The notes beneath the pieces were generated by a model. It made no database searches. It had not been told where the DNA came from and saw only the letters and a list, made by a program, of their open reading frames with translations. A DNA stretch of 64,000 bases from Dudresnaya verticillata. Its lineage: Eukaryota. Both the position numbers and the translations under genes were made by a program. Position 1 is the first letter of the stretch; each line of letters starts with the position of its first letter. Location of the stretch: contig OZ374561.1 of assembly GCA_977862235.1 (NCBI GenBank), forward strand, positions 992,001-1,056,000, in the 5' to 3' direction. Shown here in pieces: positions 46,643 through 60,200 of the stretch.

Positions 46643-46830
46643 TGTGTATGTGAGTGTGTGTGCAGTACATTTAGCGTTGGAGCGGCCAAGGCCTGGGCCG
46701 CCGCCGCCCCCCTCTCCCTCGCTCCGCGTGTCCGCCGCCGCGCCCGCGTGCACCACTCCCCCCGCCTCCCCGTCTCGCGAACGTAATGCAAACGTTGTGT
46801 GCGTGTGTGTTTGTCTGTGTGTGTCACGCG
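46430..46830. repeat. GC-rich duplicated unit with (GT)n microsatellite
   Basis: AGTACATWTAGCGTTGGAGYGGCCAAGGCCTGGGCCGCC occurs twice, each followed by a C-rich tract and a GT run. Confidence 0.85.
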
Positions 46831-49800
46831 TGCTCAGCTGCGTCCGTCGCCTCTGTACGCGCTTATCATAACGAGCCAATTTGGCTTCTTATGATAAGTG
46901 ACATACAAATAAGCTTACAGAGAGAACTGACAGCGGTACGGTGATACAAGTGTTGATATTTAAGCATTACAGTCGAAGCTTGTTCATTTTAAGCTTTACA
47001 CTTGTCGGAATTGCATTCGGCACACGGAACAATGGGTAGAAAACGCACTGTTTTGCAAAGTGAAATTGGGAACGATTGAGGAGATAATTTGGAAAAGAAA
47101 AGATATAAGAGAGCCGCAGTGCAGCCGGAACCGATTCAAGAAAGAAACAGAGAAAGAAAACAAAAAGTCGACAGATGCAGTGTAAGTCACAAAGGGAAGC
47201 TACTTCCTGTTTGATGCATGATAAAGATGATGATGGTTTTACAGAGAATTTAGGAAGTGCTGAGGAACATTCGAAAGTCAATTCGGTGGGTCAGAAACGC
47301 AGCAACCATTTAGTACACCTAGATGATGTTTCAGAGCCCGATGTAAGGGAAGATGATGAAGTATTTCATGAACAAAAGCGGATGAGGCCAGAGGTTGAAC
47401 CGAAATCAATTCCAGAAAGAAACAGGGAAAGACAACGCCTATATCGACTGAGACATTCTGATCCACTCAGGACACAAAATGTGTCTGACTTTCCTTCAGT
47501 TGAAGAAGAAATAACAGATCGCGATCACAGCGATGTGTGGAGAATGAATAACCAAATTAAAGACTTGAAAGAAACTAAAATCGAACAGGAAAAGGTTCTG
47601 TTTGTATTAAACAAGTACGAACGTGACCAAAACGAATCTCGAAGACAATACGATTACCATCTGTTTTTCAATAGTGTGCTGTATGCGGTAAACAAATAGA
47701 GGATCCAAAAGTATTACAAACTTCGTATTGTAAGGAGGACGTTCTTTTTGAACCTTTGCACAAAAAGCATTCGGAACCTGACGTACAAACATGTGCCATT
47801 GAAAATACGAAACAGGAAGCTTGGATAGGCTACTACGATGAAGGTGATGCAGCTGTGAAAGTTTGTGGGACAGGTTTGAAAGCTCTGAGAAAACAACAGG
47901 TTCCAAAGTTTTCCCGAAGAAATATTCCAATAGCTATGCCTTCAAACCCCCTTAGGTCGTTGTCAGAATTTGAACAGCTTCTTATATCTCCAGTCCTTCC
48001 AATGATATATGTTTACAGGTTTCGTGGCTACGGGCAATTTCTTTCGAAAGGGCAGTGTATTTCTTTTCATAACGATGTTCAGAAAACTGCTACAGTCCTA
48101 CCGCGACATCCTTCAGGCATTATTATCAATGTTTCAAATGTTTATGGTCGAGGAGTTGTTTCTCACAGACCGAAATGTATACATTTTGGAAATATTTGGT
48201 TGGTCTTGCTAGAACTGAAAAGGACTGGGCATCGTTCTTTTAAAAATATCACAATCAGCGAGGAAAATTTCCAAGCTTTAGAAGAATTCGCTTGTCGAAC
48301 ACGTCTTCAATTGAAGACGTGTTCGACAAGCGAATTCTTGTTAACAAGAACGTCAAGTGAAAATCGCACTCTAGCAGTAGAGGCTGAGAAAAAATGTTCA
48401 AAAAGGACTGCAATGGATAGCCTACGAGACATTGGGCAAAGACAAGATGTAGAACAAGATTTTGCGGAAAATGCAAGTAATATGCCTGTTACAATTAAAA
48501 CGACGTCAAGGAAAGCTTTAAAAACAGCAGTAGTTGAACTTTTCGGTCCATTTTAGACCGATCGGCTCGTCTTTACTCTAGTTCCTCATCTAGAGAAGGT
48601 TGGGCAGAGCGGTTTCCATGCCTTTTGCCTGATGGAAATGGGGGACCTGAAGGCTAGTTTGTTAATGTTACATTGAAGGAATGGATATCTTACGTTATTG
48701 ATATTCAAGTTTTAGATTTTCACAAACACATCATGTTAATTTGTTATTCAAACATGTTTCTCAGACGCCAGAAAGTAATTGGAATTACTGCAAGGAAACC
48801 TATCGCACAAAGAATATCAAAAGCAGTATCTTCTTTAATCGCTCTGTTGAAGAATGAAAATATTGCTACTATTCCGGATAGTGTTGCTCAAGTTTTAGTC
48901 AAAAATGTTCGCTTTCATGTCTCTCAAATACCAGGATCAATCTCAGACATGAGTGAATTTAGAAAAGATTTGCTATCTATGATGACGAAAAGGGGTCCTT
49001 CTTCTTTGTTTGTAACTCTCTCTGCAGCTGATACACTGTGGCCGGAGACATACACTGAAATATCTGGTGGAAACCTGTCGTTACAGGAGGCAAGAACCCT
49101 AAATGTGAAGGAAAGGCTTGAGCTTCTTGCAAATAATCCGGTCCTTGCAACAAATGCATGGAAGCGACGTGTTAGGGCTTTCTTACATTTTGTATTGCAG
49201 GGATCATCCAAACCTTTGGGAGAAATTCTTGAATATGCTTTAATTAAAGCTTTAAAACTTTAAAGTTTGAATGGCAAGGAAGACTTTCCGAACATGTATG
49301 TACATATTCTATTCTGGCTGAAAACACCAATACCATCGATAGACATGGAAAATGACTCAGTTCAGAAACATCCTCCTAATGGATTTCTCAATGAACTGAC
49401 GAGCAGGGTTGAATCATTTGCAACTGCAATGCTTCCTTCAAAAGCCAGTTTGCCGACAGAAAGAGAAGAAATAAATCCTTTTTGAGGCGATTAGAAACAA
49501 TCCAACTGTATTCAGGGTGTCTTTAAGCAAGAAAGAACAGTGCAAAGTAAATGTTTGCGGATCTGATTGTGGGTACACTGATGTTGCGAGCTTCAAAATA
49601 TCAACTAGAACAGGATGATGTAACAAATATCAACTTATACTGCAAATCGCGTGATGTTTTGTACAGTGAGTCTTGGTTAGAAGCAATTTGGATTTTCGCG
49701 AAATAAAAGCAAGTAAATGCTCACTTAGAACAAGTTTCGAGCCGTATGGCAGTCAGCAGAGGCATTTTCCGAATGTGGTGTAACGTTAAGCTTGAAAAAA

Positions 49801-50155
49801 ATCCTAAATAAAGATCTGACACGAGAGGCATTGTATCAATTCTATACGTCTCCGCATAAAATCACATCTGAAAGGAGAAAGCATTTACCATATGTCGATT
49901 ATTTTCCAGGCCATATAATAAGCTTGAACCGTAACTGCCAGTTTGGGGTCTGTACAATAACGCAAAAAAGCCCGTGTTGTTGGTATAAGCTTCTCAAATG
50001 GGCAGCTATTGCACCCCTTCCGAACCATTTCAGAAGTAATTTCAGAAGTACTTTTAGGCAAGAGTTAGAACTATGAGCTTCTTATGCAACCTTTACAACA
50101 TTTTAATGGTATTTCTGCTATTGACGAACTGCCTGGTGTTATTTGTGTTCCATGG

Positions 50156-50991
50156 TATGGCATAAACGTCAGGTCGAACTGACGTCTAGCTGCGCTGGTC
50201 GATCGGTCGCACCCAGACCCGTCGAAGGGTGGTAGCTGTGGTGGTAGAGCGGTGGTGTCGGCCGCGCGCGCCGTCGACGGTCGCGGATCAACGGCGTCGA
50301 AGCCTGAGCGCGCACGGGGCGTACCGTACGCGGGCGGCAGCGGCCGGATCCCTGCGTCCCCGTCGTGGGGCGGCACGAAGCCGACGGTAGGGAAAGGAAA
50401 AGGAAAGCCTAGACGGCTAGGGAAAGAGGGAAGCCGTAGGGCGAAGGACTGGGAAAGAAACCCAAAGCAGAAAGGGCAAGCCTGGCGTAGGCTGGCTTGC
50501 CTTGGTTTACTGAAGCCCAGAGGGGCGACTACTAGATATACTACAGGGCCTGCGGCGGCACCAACCCGTGAGGTGCGCCGGCGCGCCCCAACACGCGTCG
50601 ACGCGTACGGGTAACGGTAACCCGGGGGCGCGTAGGCGGAACGGTCCACACGTACTCAACGGCTCGACGCCGGAGTGCGCGCGCGCGTGTCACGCACTCA
50701 ACGGCTCTGCGCCGGAGTGCGTGCGCACAGCGCGCGGGACAGCAGGGTGTTCGACCGCCGCTTACACTAGAGGGTGCTGTACACTTACAAAACAATAAAC
50801 GTAGAAATTACATGGGAGTTTCAGTGTCACACGCGAACGCGTGTACACGTGGGCGCCACTGCGCACTCCCTTACAGTTCAGCGGGGCTTCGGCGCCACCG
50901 GCTGACAGCGTGCGCACAGCAGTGCACACGTGGCGCAGCTGGTCTTACAGCTGCGCGTGCGTGGCACAGCTGGTCTTACAGCTATGCCACA
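50156..50991 (-). repeat. Element G 3' LTR
   Basis: Direct repeat of 62690-63526. Confidence 0.95.
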
Positions 50992-51323
50992 CAACCCCCC
51001 CTCAAGCGCGAACGCCTCGGTCGCGACCGTTACAACGCGCACGCTGTGGGGTGGCCAAGACGGCGCCCGGGATTGGCCAGCGGGCTCCCGGGCGTCCGTC
51101 GGTGACGGGCGTCGATGCCACGTCGGGTGTGCCCGCGCTGAGCCGCGACGGGCTATTTAGGGAGCCGCCTCTGCGGCTCCGAGGTGTGGGTGGTCTGGTC
51201 ATCGCTCACCACGACCACCAACACTCCCTCCCCCACGCGTACAGCTGCCTGTCGACCAGTGCCATACGCGCCAAGCTTTCGACGCTCTCAACTTCCTCCC
51301 CCATCGCCAGCGTCGACGCGGCA

Positions 51324-54150
51324 ATGGAGTCACGCGAACCGATCGCGGACGGCGCCCCCGCCGAGGGGGCGCCGGTTACCAAGCCCACCTCCTCGACTGA
51401 GTCAGTCGTAGGGGGTGGGCCTGCCGAGCCGGTGCCAAGGGCGCCGGCTGGCGGAGAGGCGCGGCCTTCGACGGCCGCGCCAACCGCAGAGCGACCTTCG
51501 ACGGTCGCTACAGAAGAGGCGCAACCTTCGACGGTTGCGCCAGAAGAAGCGCCCCCATCGACGGGTGCGCTGGGCAAGACCGGGGCTGCTGCGCCGGCTT
51601 CGTCCGCCGGGGCGGGTGGCGTCGACGCCAACCCCACCCCAACGCCCGCCGCTGACGTCTGGTCAGAGGCGGTGGCCCTTGCTGCGGCGCAGGGCAAGAG
51701 AGTGAAGGACCCGAGTGGGGCGGCCTCTGCCGCCCCGCGCCCAGTAGCGGCGGCTCGGGTCTTTCAGCCGACTGGCCCGCCTCGCGCAGGGCCTACGGCT
51801 CACAGCAATCAACCCGCGTCGACGCGAGGAGGGGCACCCGCGGAGCAGCCTTCGCGCTCCGCGGTGCCGATGGTGGCGAGGGTGCTCGACCTGAGTCGGT
51901 CGAGGTCACCCACGCCATCAGGGTCGGGGAAGTCCCCGCCGCGGCGGCACCCTTTGTGCCGCGCGATTCTAGTGGCTTGGGACCGTCGACGGCCCCGAAG
52001 CCGTCTCCCGTGGCCTCTTCCAACGCAGAGGGGGAGGCCGCGGGCGTGGGTGAGTCCACCGCTGCGCCCGTCGTGCCTCTTGTTGGGGTGTCGGTCTCAG
52101 TCGGACCGCCCCTCATGGGCCAGGCGCCCCCCGGACAGCACGCGCCCCCGACCGAGACGGTCTTCGCCTGGGGGGCGCCGCGCCACCAGATCCCGCTGGA
52201 TCAGTGGCGCGGGCTGCAGGAGCCTCGGGCAGATGTCCGGCGGCTCCTGAGGGTGGCCCACGCGAGCGTGGACGGAGGGGCGGCAGCCTATGCCGGCTTC
52301 CTCCCGGCGGACGCCATAGTCTGGCTCACGCCGTTGGGGTTACCCTGCGACGTTTCTTACGTCGCCTCCCTTGAGGAGCTTCGGCGGGTGGACAGGGCAG
52401 CCGATGCCCTCTTCCTGACACCCGCCGATGAGTGGGCCCCGCCCCTGCCTGCCACCATCCCAGAGATGCGCACGGTGCCCGTCGACGAGCCCGTGGACCT
52501 CGCGCACCGTCTGGCCGATGCCGACTCTGCGCGCCACCTCTTCGGGGTGTGCTTCGGGGAGCGGGACTGGGACGTGTGCAAGGCCCCGGGCGAAGGACGC
52601 CCGTCAAAGGGGTGCAAGTTGCACCCGGCGCTCGACGCGGCCTGGTTCCCATCAGCGGAGTGGTACTCCCACCGGGAGACGCCATCGGGATTCACTATCC
52701 CGTGGATAACCGTAGACCGGTATTTCCACTACGCGACAGTCGGTCGCGTAGCTGCTCGTCGTGAGCTCCTGGCTAGGCGCTCAGATGAATACGCCTTCGA
52801 GGTGGGCCGCCGCTACTGTAGCGAGCTCCTCGCGAAGGGGACAGGCTGGGTTTTTGACGACCGCCTAATTAATTTCCTCGCGACCGGCTGGTCAAGCGAG
52901 AGGCCGTGTTTCCCAGACTTGCTCCGTCCTTCAGATGGCACGTCTTTTGGGTTCGGCGAGCTACTCGGCGTAGTCCGCCGAGTGGCTGCGGAAACGGAGA
53001 AGCACACACGGAGGCGTCACTTCTCTTCACGCGTCGACGCGTTCGTGTGTGGCTTCTTGCCAGAGACAGGGGGCCTCTATAAGATCCAGCGCAATCGTGG
53101 CGCACGTGACCGGCGGGAGCGCGTCGAGCGCTCCGGGTTCGCCTCGATGGCCGACATGGCCCGCACTGAGCGCGCCGGTCGTCGCCGTCGTGGCGTGGGT
53201 GCTAACCCTGGGTCAGCCGCGGCCGTGATGGCGGCGGAGACCGAGTCATACATCCCGCCGCCCGCAAGGGCGTCTGCGCGTCGTGCGCCAGCCACCCCTG
53301 CGGCAGTCGGCGGACCGGCTGCTGCGGGGCCGTCGACGGCCCGCGCCCCTCCGGCCGCTGCCGTTGAGGTGTACCAGCCCCCGCCGGCCCCGTCTGGGTC
53401 GCCGGCGGTGGCTTATGTCCCACCTCCTCCAGTGGTCGACCCACTGGACGAGGCGGTGAGTGCGGCAGTCTGGGCCGATCCGACTGTACGCAGTGCGGCC
53501 TCCTTGGCGCGCGTCGGGCAAGGCGTGTCGACACGCACGCTCCTGCAGGCCCTGGCATCGAGCGCAGTGGCGCTGCAGGAGGATGTCAACGCCTCCAATG
53601 CCGTCGCGGTTCGATACCGCGACGAGCGGGACGGCTTTGCCCGCGAGGTGCAGAGGCTCCGCGGGGAAGTCCAGCGCATGTCTTATGCGCCGGCGCGCAA
53701 GAGGCTTCGCGAGGAGTACCAGCCACCCCCGACGGGGTATGCGTCGATGCAGCCGATGCAGTCGTACGCTCCGGGCCCTTCTGGCCCGGCTGCCCCTTGG
53801 CAAGGCGCCGGGCAACTGATGTACCCGGGCGCTCAGGGCGGCGCAGGCGCGCCGCCCAGTGCTGCAGGCGTCGTGCCACAGCAAGCGGTTCTTCCCCAAG
53901 TGAGGGGCCCGTCGATGGGCCCTTACCGCCCTGCAGCTCCCATAGGTGGGGGCGCAGTGGCGTACGGAGGCTCGGCGCCTCCGCTTCCCGCCGGGGTCTT
54001 CCACCAGCGCCAGCGGCAACCACAACGGTGGTTGAGGGATACGTGCCCGTGGCGCAGCGGGCTCTGCGCCCGCCTTTCCCGGTGTGGGTCCTGGGGGCGA
54101 GGCCGCCCAGTAGTTTTGCCGTAGTGGCTTATGCTGTAGAAGCATCCTAG
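51324..54150 (+). pseudogene. Antisense accessory ORF of element G (frameshift at ~51.95 kb, possibly another near 54.0 kb)
   Basis: Ala/Pro-rich N-terminus, central Trp/Phe-rich globular region, coiled coil (ALQEDVNASN..EVQRLRGEVQRM) and NLS-like PARKRLR. Same position and orientation as in A and F. Confidence 0.75.
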
Positions 54151-55582
54151 TTCGAGGCGGTCGATCGCCTCGCTAGTTTTTAGACCGCCGCTGCGTGTCT
54201 GGTTCATTAAAGGGCAAGGGGTGGGCGAAGACTTCGGTCCGCGTCGACGCGTTTTCAACAGCTGCGCCTTCGACCGCGCGGCTGCGTGCGAGCTATGCTC
54301 GCTGTAGCAGGTGGTGGGGCTTCGACGCCCCACCTCATCATGGGTGCTATTGTGCCTGACCCGCGTCGAAGCGGGTGGCGGTCCGCAGTGCTGGCGTCGA
54401 CGCCACACAGGGGGCTGCCAGCGCGCGCAACGCCGCGTCGATGCGGAGCGTCAGCGCGGAGCGGGTGCCCCTAGTGGCGTCGCGGCTTTGCGCCGGAGGT
54501 GACCGCGTCGAAGGGGTCCTCTCCGCCGGGAGTAGCCACGAGCGTGGCGGCGGCTTGGGCAGCCAACCCCAGGCCAGGGGCGTCGATGCCCCTGGATGAG
54601 TGGGCAGAGGCCCGGGGGTGTTGGACCCCATTGGGCGTTCCCAATTATTTGTGTTTTGGCTACAGTAGACACTGTAGCCTGAACACAAATCTGCGCCTCT
54701 GCGCTTGTGGGGCGCACGCGTCCCAAATATGGGTAAGGGCGCGCCTGTATTTGGCAGGGGCCGGTCGTCTGCCGCGGTGCCCTCGGCCTTCCCATCGTCG
54801 CGGTGGTTGTGCCGCTCACGCGTCGAAGCGCAGCGGTGCAACTCGAAGGACGCCGGCCTTCTTGGCTCTGGTGCCCCACATCGACGTGGGGGCTGTGCGC
54901 GTTGGCACCCCGCCCGGCTAGGCGCCAGGGCGGTGGGTGTTGGCCGAATATTACGCGCGACCGCGCCGCGGCGTTGGTGAAGGGGGCGTCGACGCCTGCC
55001 CTCCGCCATCTGCGTGCAGCTGCCACTTGACGCCGACGTCGGTGGCGCTTCGGCTTGGATGGCTCAGTGGCTTCTCCAGCCTGGTCGCGTCGAGCTTCGA
55101 CGCTCGTTTCGCGTGCGCATATGGCGAGGGCCCTCCTTCCGAGTCGACTCGGCGTGCGCGTGCCCTCGTTTTTGCCTGGGCTTCTGCCGCGTGGCGGTGG
55201 AGAAGAGGGCGTCGACGCCTGCCCTTCGCCACCTGTGCGCGGCTTCGCGGCGGCGTTGGTCAGACAACCCCCGACGGTGCGGGTTATATTCCGCGTAGCG
55301 GGACTTCGCTACTGACGGGCGTCGAGCCGGTAGTAGCGAGGGGCGTCGTGCCCAGCGTTCCTGCGATGCGCAGTTCGCAGAGCACCCCTGCTCCTTGGCC
55401 TCTGCCATTGGCGCGGGGTGCTTTCAGCTTGGGCCGCCGGCTTAGGCAGCCGCAATTCATGCCCTTACCGTGGGGCTTAGGCCCCACGTGGTCCCGTCGC
55501 TGGGAAAAAGGAAAAGGATGCCTGGATGAGGTTAATAACAGGCAAAGAATGCCTGAGGCAAAGAATGCCTGGGGCCCCCTCC

Positions 55583-58500
55583 TTAAGCACGAGGCGCCCC
55601 CGCCGAGGGGGCGAGTGGAGGGGATGGGGCGTCGAGCCCAGAGCCCTTCCGACGCTTCTGCGCGCGGAAGTAGTGGCTCACCATCTCCTCCGGCAAATGG
55701 GATCGAGGTTCCCAAGTCGGCTTAGAGTAGCCGGTCCACTTGACCTGAAAGAGCATCGTGCCGTCTTCGGCCGTGCCATGGTCAAGTACCTTGTCCACCA
55801 CGAACCGCGGGCCGTCGACGGCCTTGGAAGCGAGATCGTTGGCGGTGGGCAAGTACGCGCTTCGACGCGCGGTGTCTTCCCGCAGAGGCGGGGGACAGAA
55901 GACGGCTCGGTCCGCTGCGATGCGTTCGACCAAGCCGTCTCTGTCGATAAACAACGTGCGCTCGTCGTTGAGCAGCACGCGATAAGGCCCGATGGCCGGG
56001 CTCTGCAACTTCGGTGGTTTCGTCACCCCGTCAGTTGCGTCGATGAAGACATAGTCTCCGGCCTTGATGCGGGAGTTGACCTTCCGGACCCGTCGGTCAA
56101 AGTCCTTTTTGTAACGCCTCTGCGTTTTGGCCAGGGCGGCAGAAGCCAGGCCCATAGCGGTGTCTAACCGCTTGAGGAAGTCCGTTCGGACATCCTCACT
56201 AGGTTTCGGGCGGTCGACCGCCGAGTGAAACTTAGTAAATTCCGGCGGAGTCCGTGACAGCACTAAGCTGAATGGAGTCGTCCGCGTCGAGCGGTGCACG
56301 TGACAGTTGTAGGAATACATCAACGCAGAGGCGTATCGATCCCAATCGTTTTGGTGATCGTTGACGTAATTCCGCAACATGGCCATGACGGTCCGGTTGT
56401 AGCGTTCAGCCTGCCCATTCGACTGGGGGTGATACGCGGAGGTGAACACGTTGTTCAAACCCAAATACCGGCAGACGACTTGGAAGAACTTCGATGTGAA
56501 CTGCTTTCCGTTATCGGAAAGCAAGGACCTAGGCGGCCCGTAGTGGAAGACCCACTGTTCACAGAAGACAACTGCGACGTTGTAGGCCGTAATGGTGCGC
56601 AGAGGCGCGACTTGCGTCAGCTTAGTAAAGCGGTCCGTCATGACGACGAGGAATTTGCGACCAGACTTGGTCTTGGGCAAGGGGCCCTGTATGTCGATAG
56701 CGACGGATTCCAGCGGCCTGGTGGCCGGGAACAGCTTCAGTCTATGAAGGTGTCTGCGCAGTCGAATGCGGTTATGGGCACAGTGCCTGCAGTTTCTTAC
56801 TGTCATGGCGATGCTGGCCGCCATATGCGGCCAGTAGTAGGTCTCACGCAGGGAATAGAACATCTTGTTCTGCCCTGGGTGGCCCGCGAGGAGGGAGTGG
56901 TGCGCGAGCGTGAGCAGCCGAGGCTGTAACGACTCGGGCACCACTATCTGGTCTAGCGAAGCTATGACCGGATGATGGCGGCATAGAAGCCCATCCCCGT
57001 CCTCGTAAAAATGGCTATCCCGTCGACGGGACTGCCTGGCCAGTACGGTCTGGCAGAAGGAGTCGTGCCGCTGCGCGTCCACAAATTCCTCGACGGAAAT
57101 AGGTGAAGGGAGCTTCACTGGCTCCACGGACGTCAATTCCGATGGCTCGTCTCCCGCGTCGACGCGGAGGAGATCGAAGAGGTCGACGTCGTCGGTGTCG
57201 TCCCACGCCGCTTCGTCGGCCAAGTCCGGGGGTTCGTCTGCCGCGACCGTCGTGGGCGCGGTGCCGGTGATGCTTCCCCGGACTGGCTTCGGGACGGGCT
57301 GCGCTGGGGCCGAACGCGTAGATGCGTTGGCCCGCGAGCGTGTGGTTACCAAGACGGGAGCCGCGGGTTCTGTACCCGAACGTGCCACCGGCGTCTCAGC
57401 CGAGGACTCCCCTTGCTGGCGGTCGATCGCCGGGGGGTCAAAGGTAGGGACGTCGTCGTCAACCTCCTCCTGTTTCCGCTGGGGTCGAACCAAGCGGGAC
57501 AGGGCATCCGGGACTTGGTGAACCCGCCCGGGGCGGTACTCGATCTGGAAGTCGAATTCCGCGAGCCGCAGGCGCCACCGGGTCAGTGGACCCGAAGAGT
57601 CGGTCAGCGACATCAGCCATCGAAGCGCATCGTGATCGGTTCGAACCGTGAATCGCGTGCCTTCGATGTATGGCCGCAGGGTTGTGATCGACCACACCAC
57701 TGCGAAGCACTCACGCTCAGTGGCGGAGTAATTGCGCTCCGCCGAGTTGAGCGAGTAGGACCAGTACCCGACTGGGTGTAGCTGGCCGTCCTCCTGCTCC
57801 TGCAGTAGGGCGCATCCGAGCTGATAAGCCGATGCGTCCGTATCGAGGACGTAGGGTCTACCCGTCTTGGGGAGCCGTAGGATAGGGGGCGATATGAGCT
57901 TCGCTCTGAGCGTCTCATATGCCTCGAGCGCGTCGGCGCTTGGATTGTCGAAATCCAAATCCGCGTCTTTGCGGGTCATGTCCGTCAGAGGACGCGCGAT
58001 CTTCGCGAAGTTGCGCACGAAGCGGCGATAGACATTGCACGCGCCGAGGAACGACCTCACCTTAGTCAGGGAGGTCGGGAACTGCGCATGGCGGAAAGCG
58101 TCGCTGCTCGTCTGCGCCATGCGTAGCTTCCCCGGTTCGATGACGTGGCCGAGATAGCCAACGCGTGACTGAAAGAAGTGGCACTTCTTCAGTTTCAGGG
58201 ATGCTCCTCCCTTGTGCAACAGAGTCAGCACTTGGTCTAGATGACCAACGTGCTCCGCGATCGACCGCGAGAAAATGATCACATCGTCTAGATAGATCAG
58301 GCAGCACTGCCATCGGACTCCGCTGAGGATGATGTCCAGTGCGCGCTGGAAAGTCGCGGGGGCGTTCTTCAGCCCGAAGGGCATTCGCAAGTAGCGAAAC
58401 GTCCCTAAGAACGAAGGGAACGTGGTCTTATCCCTGTCAGCCTCTGTGACAGGGATTTGCCAGTACCCCGCGTTGCAGTCCAACGTCGAGAAGACGGCTG

Positions 58501-60186
58501 CGTCGCCTAGACTGTCGATGCAGTCGTCCATCCTCGATAGAGGGTACGCATCACTTAGTGTTTTCGTGTTGAGACGTCGATAGTCCACGCAAAACCTAAT
58601 TGTGCCGTCCTTCTTGGGCGCCAGGACGACTGGCGATGCCCATTCCGAGGTGGCGGGTTCGATAACCCCTGCACGAAGCATGTTATCCACCTCGTCCTGC
58701 ACCAGCTTGCGCATGGCAGGGCCCTGTCGGTAGGGCATGGAGCGGATGGGGCGAGTGCCCCGTTCCACGTCGATGTGGTGTCGGGTGGCGGCAATAGTGC
58801 CCAGCCTCCCGTCCCACATGGACTGATGCTTCCTGAGCATGGAGAGGACCTCCGTGCGGGTCACCTCGTCTTCGATAGACGAGAGATCGACCTGCGCCTC
58901 CCAGTCCTCGACGGACGGGTTGGCCTTCGCTGCGGCGGTAGCTGCGCCCTGCAGCGGCTGGGCGTCGGTGCCCTTCGCCGTCGACGGCGAGGTGGATGGT
59001 TCCACGGCACCCTGATTGACCGGGGGCCTCTGCCCCCGTGGTGGTAGGGTGGTGATGTTCATCACCCGCCCATACTCCTCCGCGACTTTGCGGTCTGGAG
59101 TTATCAGTGCCACCGGGTTCCTAACCGCGTAGCCGACAACGGTACCCTTAAGCAGGGTCCGAGGCTTGTCGGTGAAGTTCCCGACGATGGCCCCGAAAGG
59201 TCGCATCGACTCGACGTCGTGCACCCCGTTGGTAAGTCTCACGCCGTGGCGGAACTGCAATGAGGGTTTGGGTTCGGTGTGGATCAGCCCACTTGCTCCT
59301 GACGTCACGGAGACGAGCCTTTGGGAATAGGCTGGGAGCACCATCTGCCTAGAGAGGCGGATGGTGTGGTTGTCGTGATCCCAGTCGAGGAGCTCCCTCT
59401 GGTGCTTCCTCGACAAACCCGTCGACGGGTTCTTTGGCTTCGATGCAGGCTTGCGGTCCTCGGCAGGTCTACTGCGCTTGAGGGGGACACCGAGCCCCCA
59501 CGTCGGAGCGATAGGCGTTTCGACTCGACGTCGATGCCTCGCACGTGCGCATTGAGGAACTGCGTTCCTACCAGGACGTCGACGGCCAAGGTGTCTGCCA
59601 CTATGAATGGCACGCGGAACGTCGTGTTCCCCAACCTCATCGAGAGGTGCGCCACCCCTGATAGGCTCAGTGGGGTCTTATCAGCCCCGGCGAGGCGAGG
59701 AGTCGACTCCATCGCCGCCGCATGCTGATCCCATCCGGGCGGCAGCGCCCGCTTCGCGACGAGGTTGTACCCGGAGCCGGTGTCCACCGCAATGGTGTGG
59801 GGTATCATTACCCCTGGGTCAGCGCCGAGCGACCCAGACACGCGGTATATCTCCGAGGACAAGAGGCACACATACCCGTCGGGGGTAGTGGCCGGCTCCG
59901 CGTCGACGCAGTGAGCCATGGCACCTTCGCGTCGAGCGGAGGGTGCCTCAGGATCCGTCGACGGACCCCTATGCGCTCGGCGTCGTGCCTGTCGCTTGCG
60001 TCGACGCCGCGGGGGCCAAGGTGGCCTGGAGCGCGTGGCTTTCGACGGCTCGTCGCAAAGCGGCCCCTCAGCGCTGCTGGGCGAGGGGGTCCTTCGTGGG
60101 TTGGGACTCGACGTACTGCCTGCCGTCGACGGCTTGGCGGAGGATGGTGGGTCTGGGGTAGAGAGAGACGGTGCGCGCGACCGCAC
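55583..60186 (-). CDS. pol: Element G pol (PR, frameshift at ~59.45 kb, RT-RH-IN-chromodomain)
   Basis: VDTGSGYN, YLDD, TDASAYQLG, YHPQSNGQAERYN, chromodomain FQVKWTGYSKPTWEP. Confidence 0.95.
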
Positions 60187-60200
60187 GAACGGCGCCGCCT

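Noticed and set aside
46292..46879. ORFs with HTHT/VCVC runs
   Set aside because: Translation of the GT microsatellite and GC-rich repeats.
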